A stretch of DNA of 50,546 bases from a virus: the IMG/VR virus record IMGVR_UViG_3300014864_000003. The stretch is one strand, 5' to 3'. Positions within the stretch are counted from its first letter, which is position 1. Each line of letters starts with the position of its first letter. The translations under genes were made by a program, and so were the position numbers. Of this stretch, positions 32,379-40,665 are shown one piece after another. Under the pieces are notes generated by a model. That model had not been told where the DNA came from. It did not search any database and was given only the letters and a program-made list of their open reading frames with translations.

Positions 32379-32763
32379 TCATGCCGCTTTTGTCTGGGCG
32401 CGTGTCCGCTTTGTAGACGGTATAAAATCAGTATGTGCGAGAGCTGTGCGAGCCCCGGAAACTCTGGCCAAACGACTGTGCGAAGCCCAGAGGCACGGTA
32501 CCTGGATACCGCAAACGTCGCCAAATTACGCAGTTTTTGGTACAACAACGCCCTACAAATGCCCGACACTGACCAAGACAACTTTGGCTAAGTTATTGAT
32601 TTTATGGCTGTTGTTTGTCCTGTTTTGTATCCCCAACCACGGAAGATGGACTATGTGGTAACTCATTGAAATAATTAGTATATTTTTTGTCCACCTGTTC
32701 AATTCGCACACCCACAAAAAGCATAGGCCAAAAATTTCTGCTATTTTACCGGGGGTTAGCATA

Positions 32764-32988
32764 ATGCGATGCGAGTTTTGCAACGGAACAGGCCGTGAAC
32801 ATCAGGGGTTTTGTTCTGAGTGCGGCGGCTGCGGGTGGGGACACTGCTGCGAGGGCGAACGGCCGGAAAACGTGATGGTCGTGGCCGAACACCCCTTATT
32901 TTTCAAGCCGGAACACGTCTCGATGGCAAGCTGTTGGTGCGACCCGGAAGAGGTCGAACCCGGGGTTTTTGTCCATCGCGACCGATAA
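32764..32988 (+). CDS. Cys-rich small protein with DnaJ-type CxxCxGxG zinc-finger motifs (74 aa)
   Basis: MRCEFCNGTG...CSECGGCGWGHCC. GGGGG is 9 nt upstream of the ATG. It stands alone at the edge of an AT-rich island. Confidence 0.55.
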   Translation: MRCEFCNGTGREHQGFCSECGGCGWGHCCEGERPENVMVVAEHPLFFKPEHVSMASCWCDPEEVEPGVFVHRDR

Positions 32989-32995
32989 TAAGCCT

Positions 32996-33135
32996 GGCTT
33001 ATTGTCCTGGCTTGTCCTGGCGGATTTTTTCGGTGCTGGTTTAGAAATTGCGAAACGGCGCCAGCGCCTGGTTGCCCCGGCTTATTGTCGTGCCGGTTTT
33101 TTCGGCGGTGGTTTCGGCAAATTGCGAAACGGCGC
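32996..33135. repeat. Degenerate tandem duplication of the 3' end of the giant gene
   Basis: 32996-33061 (non-coding copy) aligns with 33079-33135 (the last ~18 codons plus stop of the giant ORF). Shared blocks: ggcttattgtc...ttttttcgg..ggtttnnnaaattgcgaaacggcgc. Confidence 0.75.
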
Positions 33136-36100
33136 GACCGCCTTGTTCGCTTCGTAAACCCCGTAGGCCGCACCGGCCCCGGCAGCACCCAATTTGAGCG
33201 GGGTAGATAGTTGCGGCACGATGTACCCGATCGCCGGGATCGCCACGTCGCCGACCAACCCGGTGAACCCGCTACCCTTGTCGGCGGGTTTGGCCGCGCC
33301 GCCACTCCCGCCCAGCTTGGGCAGCGTCGGCATACCCCCGCCCAGCTTAGGCAGCGTCGGCATACCGCGGCCCCCGGCGCCAGGCGTCGGCAGGGTAGCG
33401 CCCTTGTGCCCAGCGAACTGCCGGGCTACCCAATTTGCCGCGGCGGGCGAGGTCCCGGCTTGCAACGCCGCGCCTGCCAAGATGCGGGAGACCGGCCCGA
33501 ACGTGCCCATTGCGGTCAGCCCCAAAGCCGCCGCCGGCACCCCGATCAGGTTAAAAGCGGCGCGGGCCTGGTTGAACTCGGCGGTGTTGGTCCCCGCGGC
33601 GTTGCTCCCTTTAGTCCCCAGGAGCGGGGTAAAAAGATCCTGCAGGTTTTTCGCGAACCAATTGATGCTGGCGCCGTGCATCATCGAGGCAAGGTCGCTG
33701 TCGTATTTCAGGTGGTTGAAGGTCTGCTGCAGCGGGTCGTACTTGCCGTAAAGCCCGGACCGTGACACTGCCATGCGCAAGAGGTAGGGCCAGAGATCCC
33801 CTTCCTCCGCGTGCTTTTCCAGCTGGTCCGGGGCGAACAGCAATTGCCGCACGACGCCGGTCATCAAGGCCGCGCCGACCATCGAGGCGGCGATCGCCAT
33901 AGTATTGACGACTGTGCCGGTGGTCCCGAACGTCGCCTGCACGTTGGCGCTAACCCGTCCGGCGCCACGGGCCGTGGCCTCTTCCCGGCCCCGGACGTAG
34001 GTGTGCCCAATGCGGGACAGGGCCGGGTTGAGCACGTTCTCGTGAAAACTGTAGTTGAAACTCATCAGCTGGAACGCCAGACCGATGCCGGGGACGTTGG
34101 CCAGAAGCGCCCGATCGACCTTTTTCGGGTCCTGGATGATACGGTCGGCCAGCCGCCGGACGGCCAGGCTGTAGGCGTCGCCCATCCCGACGTTGATGTT
34201 GGCCCCCATCCCGGCTTGTCCCGGTCTGTTGCTCAGCATCTCCGGGGTCGGTAGTGCCCCGTTCATGTCGACCATCCACCGAGCGAAGTCCCGGTGAATG
34301 CTGTCGGGGAGGCCCAGCTCGCGAAACCAGCGCCCGGCGTTGTCCCGGGCGTGACCGGCCGCAGTATCGGTCCCGGTATCGAGGAGGTTTTGCGACAGTT
34401 TCGACAAGAACCAGTTGCTGGTTCCGACGGTTGCCGCGCGCTGGCCGTTGGTGACTTGGGTCAGCCAGGTGGTCTTGTAGAAGTTCGTCAGCATCCGCTG
34501 CATCCGGGGGCTGTCGGAGTAATCCGCCCCCATCCGGGACAACATCGTGGTGTCGTGCATCGGCGAGGTGATGACCCCGAGGAACTCGGCCAGTGCGGTG
34601 CGGTCCTTTGCGCTGGCGGTCCCCATCAACTGACCGACCGACCGGCCCCAGGTCGCCAGACCGGCCCGAAAGTCGCCAGTCACCATCGAGGCGGCGATCG
34701 GCTCGTGCAAGCTGGCCCACATCGCGCGCTCCATCAGCACCATCGTGCCCGCGGCGAAAGCCGCGTTGTGCGGGATCTGGGTGAAGATGCTCATGCCGCC
34801 GTTGGTCTGGTTGCGTCCGGTGATGTCGGCCACCAGGTTCATGAACTTGGTCGTGTCGTGACCGTCCATGCCGTCGACCCGGGCGAGTTTCTCGGTTGCC
34901 TCCTTTAGGACCTGCCCCTCTGCCCCGAACCGCTCGGCGTAGGCGACCCGGCGGGCCACCGAGTGGAAATAGGCCGGGATCGCGACATCCGGGTCCTGCT
35001 CCATGTACTTGCGCATGATGATGTCGGCTTCCGGCGGCAGAACCCGAGCCTGTAGGTACTTGCCGGTGGGCGCCCCGGTGTCGAAATCGGCGAGCCCGCC
35101 ACCCGTCAGGTTAGCGTGCCAGCTCGCAGCGTTGGTCTCGGCGATGTAGTCCCGCAAATGCGAGTGCGCGTCGGCCGCCAGCAGCTGAGCGTCGCTCTTC
35201 AACTGGTTCAGCTCGGCCCGCTCGGCCGGCGTCGGGGCAGGGTTCTCTTCGATCTCGCCTTGCCGCAGCAGGTTCTTTTGGAGTTCCCGCATACTCGCCG
35301 GCAGGTCGATACTGCTTCCAGCTTTAGCCGCCGCGAGCTGCTTGCTCTCGCGCGGTAGCCCGGTCCACTTCTCCAAGAGTGCCTGCGGGTTCGACCCCGG
35401 AGCACCAAGCTCCTGGTCGAACATCAGCTCGTAAAGCTCGGTCGCGGACCTGGTAAAACCGGCCTTGTCGGAAGCGGCCCGGTACCGGTCGTAGTGCCGC
35501 GGGAAGTAGCCGTTGCGGGCGTAACCGGTATCGAGCCCGGCGTCGTGGCTGGTGCGCCAGGTCTGATCCAAGAGCTGGCGCACACTGCCGGCCGTCTTCA
35601 CGATGTTAGCGGGGATTGCTACGGTCCCGGCGCTAGAAAGGCTCGGGTCGACCGGCATTGTCCTCTCGCCGGTGACCAGGACGTGCCGCAACATCTGCCG
35701 CTCTTCCGTCGTCATCCGGTTGTACTCGTGAAACCCGTTGTTCTCCAGGATGTTGCCGTACTGGAAGTTCCACTTGCGGGTCTGTCGGTGGACCGCCTCC
35801 TCGAAGTTCTCCGGGGTCTGGCGCCCTTTGCCCGGCGCGGTGGCGAGGCTGTCCATGATCGGCTGCAGGATGGCTTTTGCCTCTGCCGGGGCGCGGTCGA
35901 CAATGATGTTCATCATGCCGCGGGTCGACTTGTACATCGCCCGGGCGCCGTCGGCGAACCGGGTGCTCAGCGGTCGCAGCGCTTTCGGGCGGTCCTTGTC
36001 AAACAACCCGGCCCGCTCGGCCAGGGTCCGGGTAAAGTTCTTGTAGCTGTTGATCTCGGCCTTGACCCGCTGGCCCATCGTGGTCCTGCCGCCGCCGGGC

Positions 36101-39100
36101 GCGGTGATCCGGTGGTGGTGCGGATCAGAAATGCCGAGATTGGAAAAGTCGCCGGGAGGCTTGCCGTTGGAGAGGACCTGCTCGCGGCGCAAAGCGTGGT
36201 GCAGCTCGTCGAAGGCGGCGAAGATCTCGGTCCGCTCGGCCTGTTTTGGGTAGGCCATCTGGAGCTGCCGGTCGACCATTGATATGTAGGCTTCATCCGG
36301 CATCACGATGCCGCGCGGGTCGACCCCATGCTGCTGCATTTGGCGCGCGATATAGGCTTCGTGCGCCCGGGCCAGCATCTCGTAGACGCTGGCATAGTAG
36401 TCGGCCTTGGGCGGATCAAAGGCGGCGCTCTCGCGACGGAACTCGGACGACTGGATGCGGAGCTTGGACCCTGCGCCCTCCAGGAGGACCAACTGATCCT
36501 GGGCCGCCAGCGCCCCCTTGGTCGGGTTGCCTTGGCGGTCGACTTTGGCGGCCTGGGTCTCCAGCGCCAGCCGCCGAGTGGCCAAGGCTACGTCCTCGTA
36601 GAACATCGTGTTGATGAGTTTGGCGAACGCTCCTTGCACGCTGTCGGAGGTGTCGAGCCCACTGTGCCGGGCATAGCGCGACAGGAGATTGTTCATCTGC
36701 GCCGGGTTGCCGGTGAACCGCTCGGCCAGCATGTGGTCAAGTCCGTGGGTCCACTCGTGACCGTAGCTGTTGGCGCCGCCCCTGATCGTGATCGTGCCGT
36801 TAGAGACGTAAGTGCCAAAGGGGCCGGGCTTGCTCTCGGGCTCAAGCACCAACCGAAGACGGCCGTTGAAGCTGGCGGCTTCGTGGGGCAGGCCAAGGCT
36901 CGCCATACCGTCCTGCATGGCACGGGTCATGTCGAGCATTGCCTGGACTGCCTGGTGCTGCTCGACACGACCCGTGCCGTGCCGCGGGACAGCAACCTCG
37001 ACCCCGGTGAAGCCGAACTTCGTCTGCATGTGCTGGGTCAGGATCTCGACCTGGCGCTTGACCGGGAAGTTGACCGCCAGGTCGGGATCGTGCCCGGCCT
37101 CCTCGAACACGCTCCGAAAAACGCTGGTCCCGTCGTTGAACTTGTAGTCCAGCAGGTCCCGTGCGCGGCCTACCTGGGGCGGGCCGGTGAAGGGTTGTTT
37201 TCTGCCGCCGCGCCGGTCTTCGACCTGGTCCTCGACGGTGCGGGTGCGCGCAGCCTCGCGTTCCAGGGCCGCCTCGCGCTTGGCGATCTGCTGATTGATC
37301 CGGCCCAGCCGGCGATCTTCGTCGGGGGTGCGGACCTTGTTGGTCAGCGCATCGCGGGTGGCCTGGAGTTTTGTTAAGGTTGGGTCGGCCGGCGGTGTTG
37401 GGGTTGGGGGTCTTTCTGTGGAAAGCTCGGGTCCGGTTTCGGACAGGGTTTCGCGGGGACCAGTGGTCCCGAGGTCTTCCAGTGGTCCCGGGACCACTGC
37501 CTGGTCCTCTAGTCGAGCTGGTGCCTCAGCCTGGTCGGCAATTGCCGGGCGTTCCTCGGCAATTGCCGGGCGCTCCTGCCTGGCCCGGAAGGCTGCGTTA
37601 TCGCGCTCCAGGGCCAGCCCATGTGCTTTGTTGACCTGGCGGTACTCGCGGTTCCAGTCGCGAAGCCTCTGCCGCGCAGCCTCCACCTGATCGGGCGGGG
37701 CGGTGTCAGGGTTATTCCAGAGCTTGTTGATCGGGCGGGGCTTGTTGTCCCGCAGCTCGACGAGCCGACGCCCGTACTCCGCGGCCGAGATGTCGGGGTT
37801 GAGCGTCCGGTAATCTTCCAGTGCGCGCGCGGCCGGCAGCTCTTCTGCGTAGGGTGTGCCACTGCGCCGCTGTGCGTCCGCGATGGCTCCCTCTGGGGTG
37901 GCGTCCTTGCCGACCACCTCGCCGGCTGCGTTTTTGGCGACGTACTGGCCCGGGACCGTGTGGTCCGGCTCGGTGGTGAGGCGGGTTGGCCTTTGCACTC
38001 CCCGCGACTGTTCCGGGTCGGCCGGGTCGAACGGCGTGCTGCGCCCCGACGAGGACCGACCTGTCGTTCGGATCGCCTCGGCCCAGGCTTCGGCTTCAGC
38101 GCGGGAGGTCGTAAAAACTGTCCGGCTCGGCCGGCCGTTCTGGTCGAGATGCTCGACCGCATAAGTGTTCCCTTTTGAGACGATGACCGGCTCAAACGGG
38201 TCTACCGGCGCCGCTTCGGCGGCGGGGGCCTCCGGGGCCGCGCGGACCGGCGGTTCGGCACCCACTTCTGGCCGCGCTTCGCCGGCGGGTAGGGCGGGCT
38301 GTGCAGCGGGTTGCTCGGCTCCCCGTGCTGCCGCAGTATCGCCCGGGCGCTCGCCAGGATCAGCTCCCACCCGAGGACCCCCCGGTATCTCTCCGGCTCC
38401 TGGGACCACTGGCGCAGGACCTCCCTCGCCCACAGGAGCTGGCTCTCCGGGTCGTCCGGCGGCGGCACCAGGTCGGTCAACGGGCTCACCTATTTCAGGG
38501 GGACGAGGTGATGGCTGAGAAGGTGGAGGTTCAGCGACTAGAACGGTTGCTCGTTCAGTTGGAACTGCTTCTGTCGGTCCCAGACCTGGCGTTTCCGTAC
38601 CCGCCGGAACTGCTGCTGCGGGCTCTGGACGAGCTGGAGTACCCTCCAGAGCTGGCAGAACGCGCGCAGGAGCTGCGGGCACAGTTGTCTGTGCGTATGG
38701 CTCGCCTGCAGGGGGCGCCGGTGCTGCAGTAGGCGGGAACTGCTCGGGGGCGATCTCGACGCGGCTGACCTCGCCCGGCAGCGGGAACCGCGACAGCGAC
38801 GGGGCCGGGGTGGGCGCCCCGACCTGTTCGGTGGCCGACGGCAGCCCGGTCGGAGCCGGCGCAAACTGCCCGCGGGCGGCGAGATCGACAGGTGAGGTTG
38901 CCGGCACCGGCGGCGCCGGCAACAGCCTGCGTGCTGCGGCCCCAGCGGCTTCGCCCGCGCCTTGAAACCCTGCGCCGAGTACGAACCCAGCAGGCGCGGC
39001 GAGAGCGGTACGCAGCGGATCGTAACCAGGCTGCATCTTGGTGGCGATGGACCCGACCTGTGCCAGCGGGTCGATCGCGGTATTGACGACGCCCTGGCTG

Positions 39101-39918
39101 AGCCCGCTCTCCAGCATCCGGCCGGCGACCGCTCGGCCGCCTTCCCCGACCACCTGCTCGACCGTTCTGCCGATCGCTGGGGCGGCTCGCGAAATAGCGC
39201 CGACCGTCTGCGCCACTCCGGGGACCCGGTTGATCCCGCTTTCCGGCGTAAGCACCCCGCCGGCGAGCTGGCCTCCGATCGCGGCGCCAAACTCCAGAGG
39301 ACCGCCGGACCAGGGCATCGCCTCATAGCGCGCTCTCGCCCCGGCGATCCGCAGGATCTCGGCCTGTGCCTCGGACGGGCTCGGCAGCGGTTTGAGCGCC
39401 CCGCCGGCATAACGGACAGCGGCGTTGTACTCGGCCCACTCCTGCGGGGTCATCTTCGCCGCCCGCTGCAGCTCGACCAACTGACCGCTGCCGGCCAATG
39501 TGCCGCCGTAATACGCGTCGGAGGCGTTCAGCGCGAAACGCTCTCCTAATGACACCGGGTCGGCCATTGCCGCGGCGCGCTGGCCTTCCAGATCCCGATC
39601 CCCCATCGGCACCACCGTTTGCGCCAGGGACGGGGCCACCGGGGCCACCGGGGCGACGTAACCGCCGCCCATCGGGTCGCTGGGAAACGAAAACGGCAGC
39701 GCGGCAGGCTCGGCAGCGACAGCAGGGGCAGGGGCGGGCGCTGTCACGAGCGGGGTCAGTTCAAGAAGAGGCAGATCCGGCTCGACTGGCGCTGGCCCCG
39801 GGGTCAGGGGTTTGAGATCGAGGACCGGCAGATCGTCGTCATTGTCGGGCCGCCGCGGTGGAAGAGCCGGCGCCGCCGATGACAGCGGGGTGAGTTCGAG
39901 GACTGGCAGGTCCGACAT
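33082..39918 (-). CDS. Giant virion/ejection-type protein (2,278 aa from ATG 39918)
   Basis: The ORF-track first codon is TTG; the ATG at 39918 overlaps the upstream stop (TGATG). It is the last and largest gene of the internal-protein block. It has a long Pro/Ala-rich region, one HExxH (HEWTH, nt 36745-36759), and Gly/Ala-rich hydrophobic C-terminal segments. Confidence 0.85.
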   Translation of the reverse strand: MSDLPVLELTPLSSAAPALPPRRPDNDDDLPVLDLKPLTPGPAPVEPDLPLLELTPLVTAPAPAPAVAAEPAALPFSFPSDPMGGGYVAPVAPVAPSLAQTVVPMGDRDLEGQRAAAMADPVSLGERFALNASDAYYGGTLAGSGQLVELQRAAKMTPQEWAEYNAAVRYAGGALKPLPSPSEAQAEILRIAGARARYEAMPWSGGPLEFGAAIGGQLAGGVLTPESGINRVPGVAQTVGAISRAAPAIGRTVEQVVGEGGRAVAGRMLESGLSQGVVNTAIDPLAQVGSIATKMQPGYDPLRTALAAPAGFVLGAGFQGAGEAAGAAARRLLPAPPVPATSPVDLAARGQFAPAPTGLPSATEQVGAPTPAPSLSRFPLPGEVSRVEIAPEQFPPTAAPAPPAGEPYAQTTVPAAPARVLPALEGTPARPEPAAAVPAGTETPGLGPTEAVPTERATVLVAEPPPSQPSPRPPEIGEPVDRPGAAAGRPGEPAPVGEGGPAPVVPGAGEIPGGPRVGADPGERPGDTAAARGAEQPAAQPALPAGEARPEVGAEPPVRAAPEAPAAEAAPVDPFEPVIVSKGNTYAVEHLDQNGRPSRTVFTTSRAEAEAWAEAIRTTGRSSSGRSTPFDPADPEQSRGVQRPTRLTTEPDHTVPGQYVAKNAAGEVVGKDATPEGAIADAQRRSGTPYAEELPAARALEDYRTLNPDISAAEYGRRLVELRDNKPRPINKLWNNPDTAPPDQVEAARQRLRDWNREYRQVNKAHGLALERDNAAFRARQERPAIAEERPAIADQAEAPARLEDQAVVPGPLEDLGTTGPRETLSETGPELSTERPPTPTPPADPTLTKLQATRDALTNKVRTPDEDRRLGRINQQIAKREAALEREAARTRTVEDQVEDRRGGRKQPFTGPPQVGRARDLLDYKFNDGTSVFRSVFEEAGHDPDLAVNFPVKRQVEILTQHMQTKFGFTGVEVAVPRHGTGRVEQHQAVQAMLDMTRAMQDGMASLGLPHEAASFNGRLRLVLEPESKPGPFGTYVSNGTITIRGGANSYGHEWTHGLDHMLAERFTGNPAQMNNLLSRYARHSGLDTSDSVQGAFAKLINTMFYEDVALATRRLALETQAAKVDRQGNPTKGALAAQDQLVLLEGAGSKLRIQSSEFRRESAAFDPPKADYYASVYEMLARAHEAYIARQMQQHGVDPRGIVMPDEAYISMVDRQLQMAYPKQAERTEIFAAFDELHHALRREQVLSNGKPPGDFSNLGISDPHHHRITAPGGGRTTMGQRVKAEINSYKNFTRTLAERAGLFDKDRPKALRPLSTRFADGARAMYKSTRGMMNIIVDRAPAEAKAILQPIMDSLATAPGKGRQTPENFEEAVHRQTRKWNFQYGNILENNGFHEYNRMTTEERQMLRHVLVTGERTMPVDPSLSSAGTVAIPANIVKTAGSVRQLLDQTWRTSHDAGLDTGYARNGYFPRHYDRYRAASDKAGFTRSATELYELMFDQELGAPGSNPQALLEKWTGLPRESKQLAAAKAGSSIDLPASMRELQKNLLRQGEIEENPAPTPAERAELNQLKSDAQLLAADAHSHLRDYIAETNAASWHANLTGGGLADFDTGAPTGKYLQARVLPPEADIIMRKYMEQDPDVAIPAYFHSVARRVAYAERFGAEGQVLKEATEKLARVDGMDGHDTTKFMNLVADITGRNQTNGGMSIFTQIPHNAAFAAGTMVLMERAMWASLHEPIAASMVTGDFRAGLATWGRSVGQLMGTASAKDRTALAEFLGVITSPMHDTTMLSRMGADYSDSPRMQRMLTNFYKTTWLTQVTNGQRAATVGTSNWFLSKLSQNLLDTGTDTAAGHARDNAGRWFRELGLPDSIHRDFARWMVDMNGALPTPEMLSNRPGQAGMGANINVGMGDAYSLAVRRLADRIIQDPKKVDRALLANVPGIGLAFQLMSFNYSFHENVLNPALSRIGHTYVRGREEATARGAGRVSANVQATFGTTGTVVNTMAIAASMVGAALMTGVVRQLLFAPDQLEKHAEEGDLWPYLLRMAVSRSGLYGKYDPLQQTFNHLKYDSDLASMMHGASINWFAKNLQDLFTPLLGTKGSNAAGTNTAEFNQARAAFNLIGVPAAALGLTAMGTFGPVSRILAGAALQAGTSPAAANWVARQFAGHKGATLPTPGAGGRGMPTLPKLGGGMPTLPKLGGSGGAAKPADKGSGFTGLVGDVAIPAIGYIVPQLSTPLKLGAAGAGAAYGVYEANKAVAPFRNLPKPPPKKPARQ

Positions 39919-40655
39919 CAACCGATCCTGCGGGATAGCGGGATCGGGCCGCCGATGTTCGTCTGGTATTGCGAGGCGCCCAACAGCGTCTGCGGCGGTA
40001 GCGGCGCCGGTTGGCCGGCCTTCACCACCTGGGCGAAGGCGTCGCCCAGGCTCGCCGGGGCACCAAGACCGCCGCCGAAAGGGCCGCTCTGTTGTTGCTG
40101 CAAGGCCAGCGAGGCGAGTGCCGCCTGCCGGGCCGGATCGGGGGCTGCCTCCACGGTAGACGTGGGCGTAACGAGACCCGACTTGAACTGCGGGTCACCG
40201 GTCTCGGCGTAGACCGGGGCCGCGTCGCTGCCGCCACCGAAAGCCGGGGCTGCGGCAGGACCGCCGCCGATCGGCACCCGGCCGCCCAGCGGGTCGATCA
40301 TCTCCAAATGGTTCTGCTCGTTACGCATATGCTTGAGCGGAAACCCCAGCCCGTGCTGCGGGTTCTTGTTGATCCAGTCGAGCACTACCGGGTCGGAGCC
40401 CAGATCCAGCGCCTTGCCGTGCATGTGGCGGGAGTTCTTGACCCCGGGGTTGACTTGGGCCTGGCGAGCGGCATCCCGATAGCCGGAGATGATCGCGACC
40501 CGGGCTTTGACCTCGGGCGGCATCGCCGCGACCATCACATCGAACCGGCGGGCCATCTCGGGGTCCACGCGATCGACACTCGATGCGCCGCCCGGAACCG
40601 CGTTGCCGCGCGCATAGGGCGCCAGGACCCCGCCGGGTTTTAAGGTGGCGGCCAT
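39918..40655 (-). CDS. Peptidase M15 (VanY/L-Ala-D-Glu peptidase-like) cell-wall hydrolase (245 aa)
   Basis: SGYRDAARQ...SRHMHGKALDL (H-x6-D zinc site) and a later NHLEM His. AGGAG SD 7 nt upstream. Confidence 0.75.
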   Translation of the reverse strand: MAATLKPGGVLAPYARGNAVPGGASSVDRVDPEMARRFDVMVAAMPPEVKARVAIISGYRDAARQAQVNPGVKNSRHMHGKALDLGSDPVVLDWINKNPQHGLGFPLKHMRNEQNHLEMIDPLGGRVPIGGGPAAAPAFGGGSDAAPVYAETGDPQFKSGLVTPTSTVEAAPDPARQAALASLALQQQQSGPFGGGLGAPASLGDAFAQVVKAGQPAPLPPQTLLGASQYQTNIGGPIPLSRRIG

Positions 40656-40665
40656 TGTTCAGCTC

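Noticed and set aside
32376-32661. Two 71-codon plus-strand ORFs in the AT-rich island (one Cys-rich, one with a hydrophobic C-terminus)
   Set aside because: The first starts at a TTG inside the terminator T-run and the second lacks any SD. The two overlap each other. They are kept only as a possibility under the AT-island finding.
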